Positions 47,795 through 57,989 of a DNA stretch of 64,000 nucleotides are shown here, piece by piece. Position 1 is the first letter of the stretch; the number at the start of each line of letters is the position of its first letter. A model generated the notes under the pieces. That model did not search any database and was not told the DNA's origin. It worked only from the letters and a program-made list of their open reading frames with translations. The stretch comes from a candidate division FCPU426 bacterium (GTDB lineage Bacteria; Oederibacteriota; Muellerivitia; Muellerivitales; Muellerivitaceae), in assembly GCA_963847625.1 (NCBI GenBank), contig CAWKAR010000039.1, positions 128,001 to 192,000 of the forward strand, read 5' to 3'. A program made the position numbers and the translations under genes.

Positions 47795-50491
47795 ATGACG
47801 GAGAAAAAATCAATCGCAAAATCCATGGTTCGGGAACGGTTGAGGTTCGATTCCGACTGGCGGTTCCACCTGGGGGACGTGCCGGGTCACTCCTACGCCA
47901 TTCCCATCAAGAATTGGCGCTTTCAGGTGGTCGGCAAGGAAAAACCAAAAAACTTCAAAATGGCGGCCCCGAATTTTCCCGACCGGAATTGGAAAACTAT
48001 CCAACCCTGGAAGAACGCCTTCGGCCCGAAACCGGGCTTTGGCTGGTTCCGGACCCTGTTACCGGACGCACCCGGCCCCGGCCGGATTCTTCATTTCGTC
48101 TCCATTTGCAACGACGGAACCATCTTTCTCAACGGCCGGAAGCTTTTGCATCACGAGATTTGGACCGACCCCTTTGACGTTTCCCTGGATCCAGCCTGGA
48201 ACCAGGGCGGCCCCAACCATTTGGCGGTCCTGGTGAAAAGCCACTGGGGGGGTGGATTTATCGGAAACACGGACCTGGAACTTCCGGTGCCGCCGGTCAC
48301 ATGGGAAGGCCCGGCCTCCCTTCCTTTCAACAACCGGAGCTGGAGAAAAATTCACCTGCCCCACGATTTCGTGGTGGAGGGAAGGTCCGGCCAGAAAACC
48401 AACGACCCGGCCCACGGTTTCCTTCCCAAGGGCGTGGGTTGGTACCGGAAGGAATTCGAGATTCCCGCGAAGGACCGGGGGAAAACCCTCTGGATCGATT
48501 TCGACGGGGTTTTCCGCAACTGCCGGGTTTGGCTGAACGGCCGCCTTCTGGGGCGGCACCGCAGCGGATACACTAGCTTCCGGTTCGACATTACCGACGC
48601 GGTGATGTATGGCGGAAGAAACGTCCTGGCGGTTCGGGTGGATGCGCGGGGTCATGAGGGATGGTGGTACGAGGGCGGAGGCATCTACCGGCACGTCTGG
48701 CTCAACAAGGCCAACCCTCTGCACGTGGAACCCTGGGGTGTTTACGTAGTTTCCACTCTCAAGGACAACAAGGCGGATCTTTCCATCCAAACAACTGTCA
48801 CCAACAAGTCCCAAACCGGCACTTTCTATAAATTGACCTCGGAGATCTTGGACCCCAAGGGAGAAAAAGTTCTCAAGATTTCAAGCCGGGGAAAACTGTC
48901 CCAAGATAGCCGAAAGGAAATCCTTCACAAAGTAATCCTGAGCAGGCCCCTTCTTTGGTCTTTGGAGAATCCCCGTTTGTACAAGATGGTAACAAAAATA
49001 GAAAAGGACGGCCGTTGGGTGGACCGGGTGGAGACATCTTTCGGCGTGCGCTCCATCCGTTTCGACAAGGACAAGGGTTTCTTCCTGAATGGAAAGCACG
49101 TCCTGCTCAAGGGGACCTGTAACCACCAGGACCACGCCGGCGTGGGTGTCGCACTGCCCGACCGGCTATTCACCTACCGGCTGGAAAAACTCAAGGAAAT
49201 GGGATCCAACTCCTACCGCTGTTCCCACAATCCGCCGGCTTCGGAACTGCTGGAGGAATGCGACCGGCTGGGCATGCTGGTCCTGGACGAGAACCGCCAC
49301 CTGGGCGATTCCCGGGAAGTTCTTTCACAACTCACGAGCATGGTCCTGCGGGACCGGAACCATCCAAGTATCATCGCCTGGTCCCTTTGCAACGAGGAGG
49401 GCAAGCAGGGTACGGAAGAAGGGCGGAGAATGGGGATGGCCATGAAGAAAACCCTGCTCAAGCTCGACAAGACCCGGCCCATCACCTGCGCCATGAACGG
49501 CGGGTGGGGGGAAGGCCTGACCCATGTGGTTGACCTGCAAGGATTCAACTACAACATCGTGCAGTACGACCCCTTCCGGGCCCAACACCCCCGGATGCCC
49601 ATGTTTGGAAGCGAGACAGGCAGCACGGTTTCGACCCGGGGCATTTACCAGACCGACCGGAAAAAAGGATATGTAAGCGCCTACGACGTGAACCACACCG
49701 AATGGTCCACGACCGCCGAGAATGCCTGGCGGCCCGTGGTGGAGAGGCCCCACATGGCCGGGGTTTACGTTTGGACCGGGTTTGACTACAAGGGTGAGCC
49801 CACACCTTACGGCTGGCCCTGCGTTAATTCCCATTTCGGCATCCTAGATCTATGCGGTTTTCCCAAGGACAACTTCCACTATTACCGGGCCTGGTGGGGG
49901 GACAAACCCGTCCTCCACCTTTTCCCCCATTGGAATTGGAAGGGAATGGAAGGGAAGCAAATCGACGTCTGGTGCCACACGAACCACGACCAGGTGGAAC
50001 TATTCCTCAACGGGAAGTCCCGGGGAATCAAGGAAATGCCGAGAAACGGGCACCTGGAATGGAAGGTCTGGTACGTGCCCGGGGTGTTGAGGGCCAGGGC
50101 CTACCGGAAAGGGGTTTTCACGGAAGAAACCTTGGTGGAAACAACCGGTTCGGCGGCCGCTATCCGGTTGACCCCCTATTGCAAGGAACTCCAGGCGGAC
50201 GGGGAGGACCTGGCGCCGGTAACGGTTGAAATCCTGGACGAAAAGGGAAGGTTGGTCCCGACCGCCGACAATGAAGTTAAATTCCAGGTCCGGGGGGCGG
50301 GCCAGATCGCGGGGGTCGGCAACGGGGACCCCTCTAGCCACGAGCCTGATAAATCTGACAAACGAAAAGCCTTCAATGGCCTCTGCGCGGTTTACGTACA
50401 GGCCGGGGAAAAACCGGGGAGGATCACCCTGACCGCGAGGTCGAAAGGTTTGAAGCCGGCCGCGGTAGTCCTAGTGACCAAAAAGAATTAA
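47795..50491 (+). CDS. GH2 beta-galactosidase-like hydrolase, no signal peptide (paralogue of 24712-27483)
   Basis: Same GH2 motifs (RDRNHPSIIAWSLCNEE, FGSET); N-terminus MTEKKS lacks a hydrophobic core. Confidence 0.92.
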   Translation: MTEKKSIAKSMVRERLRFDSDWRFHLGDVPGHSYAIPIKNWRFQVVGKEKPKNFKMAAPNFPDRNWKTIQPWKNAFGPKPGFGWFRTLLPDAPGPGRILHFVSICNDGTIFLNGRKLLHHEIWTDPFDVSLDPAWNQGGPNHLAVLVKSHWGGGFIGNTDLELPVPPVTWEGPASLPFNNRSWRKIHLPHDFVVEGRSGQKTNDPAHGFLPKGVGWYRKEFEIPAKDRGKTLWIDFDGVFRNCRVWLNGRLLGRHRSGYTSFRFDITDAVMYGGRNVLAVRVDARGHEGWWYEGGGIYRHVWLNKANPLHVEPWGVYVVSTLKDNKADLSIQTTVTNKSQTGTFYKLTSEILDPKGEKVLKISSRGKLSQDSRKEILHKVILSRPLLWSLENPRLYKMVTKIEKDGRWVDRVETSFGVRSIRFDKDKGFFLNGKHVLLKGTCNHQDHAGVGVALPDRLFTYRLEKLKEMGSNSYRCSHNPPASELLEECDRLGMLVLDENRHLGDSREVLSQLTSMVLRDRNHPSIIAWSLCNEEGKQGTEEGRRMGMAMKKTLLKLDKTRPITCAMNGGWGEGLTHVVDLQGFNYNIVQYDPFRAQHPRMPMFGSETGSTVSTRGIYQTDRKKGYVSAYDVNHTEWSTTAENAWRPVVERPHMAGVYVWTGFDYKGEPTPYGWPCVNSHFGILDLCGFPKDNFHYYRAWWGDKPVLHLFPHWNWKGMEGKQIDVWCHTNHDQVELFLNGKSRGIKEMPRNGHLEWKVWYVPGVLRARAYRKGVFTEETLVETTGSAAAIRLTPYCKELQADGEDLAPVTVEILDEKGRLVPTADNEVKFQVRGAGQIAGVGNGDPSSHEPDKSDKRKAFNGLCAVYVQAGEKPGRITLTARSKGLKPAAVVLVTKKN

Positions 50492-50517
50492 TAATTTGTT
50501 TGGAAATGTCCTGAAAT

Positions 50518-50553
50518 AAAAAAGGCGGCCTTATTACAAGGGCCGCCTTTTTT
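50518..50553. terminator. Bidirectional intrinsic terminator
   Basis: A6-GGCGGCC-loop-GGCCGCC-T6 between convergent genes. Confidence 0.9.
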
Positions 50554-50565
50554 ACTTATAGCAGA

Positions 50566-51966
50566 TTAATAAAGTTCCACGTTGTCCAGGTACAAGGTAC
50601 TGGTGTTCCAGGTCGAGGAGCCGCCCCCTGATTGAAATTGAACCCCGAATTGTTGAACACCCGTGGCGACATAAGTCACGGGAAGGGTCAAGTCCAATTG
50701 AACCCAGGTACCCGCAGTCGATATGTTCGTATAAGCACTTTGTGTCCAGCCACCGCTCCCATTCACGAAAAGAACGCCACCCGCGTTATTCGAGAGGAGC
50801 GGATTGCAACTCACCTGTGCCCTGAAACCTGATAACCCCAGGCTTGTCCAATCGGTATTGGTGGTATAGGTATATAACAATTCCTCGACCTGGTTGATTC
50901 CGCTGTAGGTCACAGTCACGCCCAGGCAGCTAACGGAGCCGCCGTAACCAGGGGATTCCAAAACCAAATCGGAAGTTGTTACCGCTCCGTTACTTGGGAC
51001 TGAGGACCATCCAGAAGGAATACCCCCGATATCGAAATACATCGAGTTGGCGGTGGAGGGTGTGGCGGACGAAGTGAAGGTCGGGGTTGGTCCCGCAGGA
51101 ATAGTGATCGTAATGTCATCCACGTAGAAATTACCGGAGGCGCCCACGGGGATGCTGTATAACTGCAGATATAGCCCCATGACCGAGGCCGGAATGGACG
51201 CGCCGGTGCAACCGGCGGTCGAGGGCAATAGGGTAACCGGGAACCAGGAACCCGTTCCCGGGCTGCCTTTCCAAGCGTTATCCCATCCGCAACCGGGATT
51301 GGTTTCGGCCGGTTGGATGGCCCCGCAACCCGCCAAAGTGGTATCCAAGTAACAATTAAAGACGATGGTGGCCCCGCCGAAATTCTGCGCCGCCGCGTAA
51401 TTTAGAACCAAGTTGATGCTTTGGGTCGAGGTGGTGGTGTTGTGAATAGACACGGCAAATGAACTGCTCCCATTATGGTGTTGTGTCGTGGAGAGGCCGT
51501 AATTGATGATGATGCTTGCCGGGCCGCCGTTGGCCGGAACAACCGACCAACAATCCGTCGAAGTTTCGAAGGTATAGGTGGCCTGGAAGTTGACCCCGGC
51601 ACAGGAGGGGGTATTCGTGATGGTAGGAGTCAGGGTGATCGTCGGCGAGAGTGTGAACGTCGGGGTATCGGTGAGTGTTGGGGTATCGGTGACCGTTGGC
51701 GTGTCGGTGAAAGTTAATGAGGGAGTGGCAGGATTCCAGGTATTGGTTAAAGTGTTGGTAATCGTCGGCGTGGGTGAATTCGTCGGCGTCCCGGTCAGCG
51801 TCGCTGTGTTGGTGGGAGTTCTAGTGAATGAAGTTGTTGCTGTGGGGGTAAGGGTTTTGGTAGGGGGGAAAGTCGGAGAAACCACCTGGTGGCAGCCTTC
51901 CGTGGAAATCCAAATCCCTTGCAAGAGCAGAAATATTACCGGAACCAACCATGTTAAGCGCTTCAT
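50566..51966 (-). CDS. Thr/Pro-rich putative lipoprotein with two CBM-like domains
   Basis: GGAGG RBS, signal peptide with TEGC, TP stalk, C...YTFETSTDCW, FYVDDI, LYLDNVELY. Confidence 0.8.
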   Translation of the reverse strand: MKRLTWLVPVIFLLLQGIWISTEGCHQVVSPTFPPTKTLTPTATTSFTRTPTNTATLTGTPTNSPTPTITNTLTNTWNPATPSLTFTDTPTVTDTPTLTDTPTFTLSPTITLTPTITNTPSCAGVNFQATYTFETSTDCWSVVPANGGPASIIINYGLSTTQHHNGSSSFAVSIHNTTTSTQSINLVLNYAAAQNFGGATIVFNCYLDTTLAGCGAIQPAETNPGCGWDNAWKGSPGTGSWFPVTLLPSTAGCTGASIPASVMGLYLQLYSIPVGASGNFYVDDITITIPAGPTPTFTSSATPSTANSMYFDIGGIPSGWSSVPSNGAVTTSDLVLESPGYGGSVSCLGVTVTYSGINQVEELLYTYTTNTDWTSLGLSGFRAQVSCNPLLSNNAGGVLFVNGSGGWTQSAYTNISTAGTWVQLDLTLPVTYVATGVQQFGVQFQSGGGSSTWNTSTLYLDNVELY

Positions 51967-52107
51967 CTTCACTCCTCCTTCGGAATCAATCCATTCAGAA
52001 CTTAAATTATACACCCACTCAAACTTATTTAAGACTATCCAAGACTTTTCAGCCTCAGTATTTCAACATTAATGACCGTACTCAGCCTTTGTTTCCTTCC
52101 TTAAGAT

Positions 52108-54096
52108 TCAAGGTTTCTCCGGGACGAATTGCAGTACCGTGATTGAATAAGCTGGAAAAACATGATCAAAACCTTGTGGCCCACCTTCCAGGGTGAAGGA
52201 CTTAGGGGGCTCATCCGGGTCTGCGTGGTACGGTGGGGTTTCAGTTTCCCAATTATAGTTGGTTTTGTCGAAACTCCAGCCTTTGGTTTTAGGCTTGGCT
52301 TTGAAGTCCTTCAGGTTGATGGCGGCCTTGTAGGCATTATCCGGGCTCTTATTCACCACTAAAAGGCCTAGTTTGCCATCGGGCCTGTAATCGGCGTAAA
52401 CGGCCAAAAAGGCCTCGGGGCTTTGCGCATCCACCATTTGATGGACTTGGTTATCCCCCGGCTTGGACCAATCATTCGTCATCATTTTCATAGTCCAATA
52501 ATCGGCGCGTTCCTGGTACTGGTAGGGGCCTCCCTCGGCCTGCATATAGCCGTGGTCCCCGCCAGTGGGATCATTGATGGCGCTCCCGCCGTTCAACACA
52601 TCCCACATCAGAGTGTAGCCCCGGTTACCAAAATGGCAGATGAACTCGGCCAGGTACTGGGCCAGCCATAAGCCATTTTCCAAGTGTACACTGATATCGT
52701 TGGGTTTGACGTGGTCCGAAGTGTTGAATTCCGTGATCCAGATGGGGATATTGGCCAAGGCCGGATAGGCGGCGAACTGGGTTTTGATGGAAGAATCCAT
52801 GTCGTCCATTCCGGATTTCGGGGAAGCCAACAAATCGGCCTTGGCCTGACCCCAGTTGGGGTATTGGTGGATGGAAATGGCATCCACGTATTTTTCCTTT
52901 TTATCTTGGGCCAGCCGGTCCACGAAATCCTTGAGGCAAAGCACGCCGTCGTACACGCCCGAAGGGTCGGAAAAACCAACCTGGGCCACCAGGGTTATGG
53001 TCGGATCCACGGCCTTCATGGCTTCGTAAAAGAGAATATACCTCCGGGCATAGTCCCTGACGTTGATGGGCCCGCCGGCTTCCCATTGGCCGCCGTTCTC
53101 GTTTCCTATCTCCCAATACTTGATGCCGTATTTCCTGGTGATGTTGGCGTACTTGACCCAAGCCGCCGCCAACTTGGGGGTGCCGCTTCCCATGTTGACG
53201 ATGATGAGGGGTATGCCCGGGGGATCAAGCGACTGCATGAAATCCATGTATTCCTCGAACCCGAAAATCTTCCGGTCGCCCAGTTCGCTGGCCGTGTTGG
53301 TGCTGGAAGCCACGATGCAATTGTTGCTCTTCAATGGAAGCGCTTCTTTTTCCATGAAAGCCTGGATCTCGGCAATCGAGTAAGTGCCGTTCTCACCCGC
53401 CGTACTCTCGGTCATCAGCACACGCAAGTACTGGGTAGTGACGGGCTGGAAAGACACTTCCTGGAAACCGCCCTTGCCGGTGACACTGACCGCTGAGGTA
53501 TCCAGCCAGGCGTTTCGTTCCGCACCATAGGGCATCCACTGCCGGCTTTCCTTGGCATCCCAGTATTGTATTGTGAATTTCTTGGCGAAGGGCCAGGCTT
53601 TGTTGGCCGCGTTGCCCCAGGTGATGGAGACCTTGTCCACGGGCTTTTGGCTTTGGAAGTCCATGTACATCCACTGGCCATGCGGGTAATCGGTTTCGAC
53701 ATTGGAACGCCAGGCCGTGGTTTTGTCCCCATCGATGGCTTTGGGTGCGTCGTAAAGTTGGCCGTTGTCCTTCATCATGCGGCTGTTGCCGTAATCGGTG
53801 TCACTGGGTACCCAGTCCCCGTTGGCGTCATAATCGCCGTTGCCGTTCCAATAGAAGGCGTCGCCCCAGGACCCGCCAGGGTAGCGCAGGAGGAAGTTGC
53901 CCGCACCCTGGATCTTATCTTTGACCGGTACCGGACTGGCCCAGCCGTTCGTGTTATTCCCGAAGATGCTGATGGGCCGGAAACTGTTCAGGGTGACGGA
54001 CGCGTCCACATCGATCGAGGTGGCCGGAGTTTCCGCGTTCAGGAATGGGGGAACGATGAAAAGGAAAAAAAAGAATGCGTAAAAACTCTTCGTCAA
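52108..54096 (-). CDS. Secreted clan GH-A glycoside hydrolase (GH44/51/79-like) with inserted F5/8 type C (CBM32) domain
   Basis: LRYPGGSWGD, WEIGNE, ITEFN; AIDGDKTTAW...TQYLRV...SIAEI discoidin insert; TTG start after AGGAG. Confidence 0.8.
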   Translation of the reverse strand: MTKSFYAFFFFLFIVPPFLNAETPATSIDVDASVTLNSFRPISIFGNNTNGWASPVPVKDKIQGAGNFLLRYPGGSWGDAFYWNGNGDYDANGDWVPSDTDYGNSRMMKDNGQLYDAPKAIDGDKTTAWRSNVETDYPHGQWMYMDFQSQKPVDKVSITWGNAANKAWPFAKKFTIQYWDAKESRQWMPYGAERNAWLDTSAVSVTGKGGFQEVSFQPVTTQYLRVLMTESTAGENGTYSIAEIQAFMEKEALPLKSNNCIVASSTNTASELGDRKIFGFEEYMDFMQSLDPPGIPLIIVNMGSGTPKLAAAWVKYANITRKYGIKYWEIGNENGGQWEAGGPINVRDYARRYILFYEAMKAVDPTITLVAQVGFSDPSGVYDGVLCLKDFVDRLAQDKKEKYVDAISIHQYPNWGQAKADLLASPKSGMDDMDSSIKTQFAAYPALANIPIWITEFNTSDHVKPNDISVHLENGLWLAQYLAEFICHFGNRGYTLMWDVLNGGSAINDPTGGDHGYMQAEGGPYQYQERADYWTMKMMTNDWSKPGDNQVHQMVDAQSPEAFLAVYADYRPDGKLGLLVVNKSPDNAYKAAINLKDFKAKPKTKGWSFDKTNYNWETETPPYHADPDEPPKSFTLEGGPQGFDHVFPAYSITVLQFVPEKP

Positions 54097-54459
54097 GGAC
54101 CTGCTCCTTACAATGGTATACGTACAAAAAACGATGATTAGTTTCGCGACGGGCATTAGTTTACCTTTCCCCGGGACGGCGTCCAATGTTTACTTCGAGC
54201 AAATTTCTTTTCTGTAAAAATTTATCCTGGTTCGTTTACCCTGAACTTATCCAATGGCCTTGTTCTTTCGGGGCAAAAACGGTTTAATGACTAAAATCAT
54301 CCACTCATCGTTGAAACTTTATTAAACTCATTTCATGATGTTTCAACAAATAAAAACATTTCGGATTGCCGTTTTTTTTTAGTAGAATAAGCCCGCTTCG
54401 CCCAAGGACGATTCCCTAGCCGTTGTCTCTGTGGCCTTTCGTCCAAAATAAAGGTGGCT

Positions 54460-55233
54460 ATGACCAAGGTAAAAATTTCCATCCTCTTTCCCGGTTTTCT
54501 CGCGGTTGGATTACTGACTGGCTGCGGGGCGATCTTGGTGAACGAGGGTTCGAAGAACGAACCCCTAACGGACGGGTTGAAAAATCCCGAGGCTGCCCAA
54601 GCCAAGGTTGTCGTGCCGACCGAGCAAAAGGTCATCGGCAATTTTGAGGACGGCTCCATCCACATGAATCCCAGCCTTTACGGTGCCAAGGGTGCGGGTC
54701 TTTGGAGCGACAATACCTACGGGGGGAACACCATAAACGAAGTCTTCGTGGTGGCGGGCGGGGCCAACGGCACCAAGATGGCCGCCCATGTTTTCGGCAA
54801 GCTGGTGAACAAGGGCGATAACACCTATCCCGCTTTCCTCCTGGACGGGAAATTCAAGCCGACCGGTTTTTACGACGCCAGTCCCTTTAACGGAATCCGC
54901 TTTTATTACAAATCCCCCTCGGGGGACCAGGCCCCTTCCAGGCGCTTCTCCATCCCCATCGCGCCCATCATGCCTTCCTCGGCCGGGGGGAATTGCACGG
55001 ACGGCTGTTACAACAACTTCGGGATGGATCTTTCTTCCAAGGGGGAATGGGCCCTCGTCACCCTTCCCTTCAGCAACCTCACCCGGCAATCGGGATGGGG
55101 CAACACGATCACGCCGCCTGAATTCGCCGAGCACTTGAAGGAAATCCTAGGCATCGAATGGACCCACAACGCGGGCAATACCGCGGGGAGTTACAACATC
55201 GATTACTGGGTGGATGAGGTCGTGTTTTTTTGA
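54460..55233 (+). CDS. Lipoprotein with CIA30/CBM11-like domain
   Basis: LLTGC lipobox, DASPFNGIRFYYK, W..VTLPFSNL, YWVDEV. Confidence 0.8.
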   Translation: MTKVKISILFPGFLAVGLLTGCGAILVNEGSKNEPLTDGLKNPEAAQAKVVVPTEQKVIGNFEDGSIHMNPSLYGAKGAGLWSDNTYGGNTINEVFVVAGGANGTKMAAHVFGKLVNKGDNTYPAFLLDGKFKPTGFYDASPFNGIRFYYKSPSGDQAPSRRFSIPIAPIMPSSAGGNCTDGCYNNFGMDLSSKGEWALVTLPFSNLTRQSGWGNTITPPEFAEHLKEILGIEWTHNAGNTAGSYNIDYWVDEVVFF

Positions 55234-55304
55234 TAAGAATTCCGGAAGAAAAGTTCCGGTATTGAAAAGTTGAAAGCGGTTTAAATTATTGATTCGAGGC
55301 TATT

Positions 55305-57911
55305 TTGATTCTGAGACTTAAGAAAACATCTAAAGGGTTTCTTTTCTTGGCCTTTCTATATATAGGTCCTCTGGTGACAGGCCTTTGGGCGAACCCTTCA
55401 GACAATGTGACCTCCGACCAACCCCTTTACCAGCGCGTGAAGGCGTTGGAAGCCTACGGTCTTTTGGATCCTCAAGACCAGGCCGTTCTCGACCAGGGCC
55501 GGGTGGTGACGAAACTGGAACTAGGTTTCTTCATGGAGAAGGCCAAGACCAACTATCAATCTTCCCAAGAGTTGCAAATCGTCCTGGCATCCCAAGCTGC
55601 ATCCACCCCAGCGGCTTCATCCCAGAAGGCCAAGTCCGCGGTGAAACCAATAGCCTCCCCCGCGCCAGCCAAGTCCACCTCTATAGCCACCCCGGCTCCC
55701 ACGGCGGTTTTACCAGCTACTGTGCCCACGGCCCAGGCGGCGCCAGCCGCGTCCATACCCCCGGCCGCCAACCCGGCGATCGAGAAGGAAATCAACGAAC
55801 TGCTCAAGCTGCTGGATGAGGAGTCGGACTATCTCCGGACACGGATGGCTTTGACGGACTACCGCCTCCAAGAACAGGAAAAAGAGCTGGAGGCCCTCCA
55901 ATCCACGCAGGACGACGTTAATTCAGCTTTCCGTAAAGCCAACAAATCGTCCACTTCCACCCATTTCACGTATGAAGCGGACGTCAAGGCGGAAAATTTA
56001 CACTTGTCGGGAATTACCGTTGTCAGTGCCACCCAAGCGGTGGATGAATTCAACCTGGGCATGTGGAGCGACTTGGGCGGGAAGGGGTCTTTCAGCGTCT
56101 ATATGTCCAGTTACCTTCAATCCTCGAACGCGTCGGCGGCCCCGGCTTCCCTTTACCTCAACGCCCCCACCCTTAATTACAACCTGGACGGGATGCTTGG
56201 CCATTGGAGCAATACTATCGAGGTGGAGTCCTACACTTGGGAAACGGATTACGGGGATTTTACGAGGGGCGCGGCGCCTGGAGCCCTCCGTTTCGAAGAC
56301 CCCTTCGATGTGAAGAGATATTCAGGAGATAAAAACCAGAAGAACTGGGACGACTATATGACCAACCTGGGATACGTTCCGAGTTCCACTTCCTGGATCA
56401 CCCAAAACCAAACCACCAAGGTTTTCGACGGGCTTTCCATGGTAGGAACAAGCCTTCCCTTGGTCAGCAAGGACGCGAAAATAAATTTCCTTGTCGGCCG
56501 AGTGGATGGCGATGCCCACCAATGGGAGGAGAGCCTCAGATACACCCAGCCCTGGGCAAACGGATTTTTAAATTCCTCTTTCTCGGCGATCTGGGTGAAT
56601 GACAATGGCTTATCCGCACCCTTAACGCAAGGGAACATGGACATGAAGTCCTACGCTGCGGATTTGGGTTTTGACTTGAAATCCGTGTTTCTGGACGTGG
56701 AAGGAGGGTTTACCCAACTTCATACGGGTGTGGTCAATACTAGCCCGGTCAGTTTCTCACAGGTCAACAATGCCGTGGCTCCGACCCTGCAGGCCCCGGC
56801 GGGACAGGCGTCCCTCAATCTATACCCCTTGACGCTCTATTACACGGCCATCAGCGAGGAATACTCGAATTTCCAGAGCAAGGTCCTCCTGACGGGTATC
56901 CAATTCTGGAAATTCGGATTTCCCGCCAATCCCAATGCCAACAATCCCGTCATGAACGACCAGTTCGGGTTCGTCGGGATGTCGGACGACTTGATCAGCG
57001 ACCGGCATGGGTGGCGGGCCAACCTGGGATGGAAAGGCCGTCAGGAAAGCTGGACAAAATCCCTGCCGGGTTTCCTGGATGATATGGTCATCAATATGGA
57101 CGTGGCCCGGAAGACCGAGTACCAGGCCGTGAGCGATGAATTAGGATATAAATCCATCGAGGCCTACGACCTGATCTCGGTTTTTTATCCAGAGAGCACG
57201 GGAATTTTCGGGAGCAACATTTGGGACGGGTACAGCGGAATGCATCCCGCTGGACAGTCTTATGTGGACCATATTGAAAGTATCCGTAACGACGGGAATC
57301 CTTTCAGGCCCGATGTCATTGAATTTATGGGCCCCCCCCTTACGGAACGCGTTCCCATGATTCTTGCTTATAATCCTAAATATCCAAAAGCTAATCCCGT
57401 CGCATTTTCCAACGGGGTGACTTACATTTCCCTGGACCACCTCAAGACATTCAATTACGTCACCTTAACCGCGAAATTACAGCTCAATAAAATGCTTGGC
57501 TTGAATACCCCTTTTTACGGCGGTCTTTTCTTCACAGACAATGAAGTCTCAGGCGACACCACTAATCCCACTCTGGTGAACGTACCAGACAAATACCAGC
57601 CAGGTCAGACTCTGGCCCATATCCCGAGCCTTTTCGACCAGACCGTTTACGACGCGGCTTTCATGTACGGAATTTTCAAGTACGTCAATCTCCTGGCTGA
57701 CTACGGGCTGGAACTATGGAAATCGGATTACACCATTCCCCAAGTCGATTACCGGACGGATTCCATCGGGGCCGGCTTAGCCTATGATTTTCCCTGGGGC
57801 GGTGGCAAGTTCGAGTTACGGTACAAACACGTGGCATTCCAGGACGTTTATGTGCCTGCCAACCGCTATCAGGCGGACCAGCTTTATTCATTTTTCATGT
57901 TCCAGTTTTAA
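55305..57911 (+). CDS. SLH-like / coiled-coil / predicted beta-barrel outer-membrane protein 1
   Basis: Signal peptide, VTSDQPLYQRVKALEAYGLL, Ala/Pro linker, heptad region, terminal YSFFMFQF. Confidence 0.7.
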   Translation: MILRLKKTSKGFLFLAFLYIGPLVTGLWANPSDNVTSDQPLYQRVKALEAYGLLDPQDQAVLDQGRVVTKLELGFFMEKAKTNYQSSQELQIVLASQAASTPAASSQKAKSAVKPIASPAPAKSTSIATPAPTAVLPATVPTAQAAPAASIPPAANPAIEKEINELLKLLDEESDYLRTRMALTDYRLQEQEKELEALQSTQDDVNSAFRKANKSSTSTHFTYEADVKAENLHLSGITVVSATQAVDEFNLGMWSDLGGKGSFSVYMSSYLQSSNASAAPASLYLNAPTLNYNLDGMLGHWSNTIEVESYTWETDYGDFTRGAAPGALRFEDPFDVKRYSGDKNQKNWDDYMTNLGYVPSSTSWITQNQTTKVFDGLSMVGTSLPLVSKDAKINFLVGRVDGDAHQWEESLRYTQPWANGFLNSSFSAIWVNDNGLSAPLTQGNMDMKSYAADLGFDLKSVFLDVEGGFTQLHTGVVNTSPVSFSQVNNAVAPTLQAPAGQASLNLYPLTLYYTAISEEYSNFQSKVLLTGIQFWKFGFPANPNANNPVMNDQFGFVGMSDDLISDRHGWRANLGWKGRQESWTKSLPGFLDDMVINMDVARKTEYQAVSDELGYKSIEAYDLISVFYPESTGIFGSNIWDGYSGMHPAGQSYVDHIESIRNDGNPFRPDVIEFMGPPLTERVPMILAYNPKYPKANPVAFSNGVTYISLDHLKTFNYVTLTAKLQLNKMLGLNTPFYGGLFFTDNEVSGDTTNPTLVNVPDKYQPGQTLAHIPSLFDQTVYDAAFMYGIFKYVNLLADYGLELWKSDYTIPQVDYRTDSIGAGLAYDFPWGGGKFELRYKHVAFQDVYVPANRYQADQLYSFFMFQF

Positions 57912-57989
57912 AAAAGTTTTTAAGTGCTTTTTACTCGAGGAATTGAAGCAAGGGGCTGAGATAAAGTGTTAAAACAAACAATAAATAGC

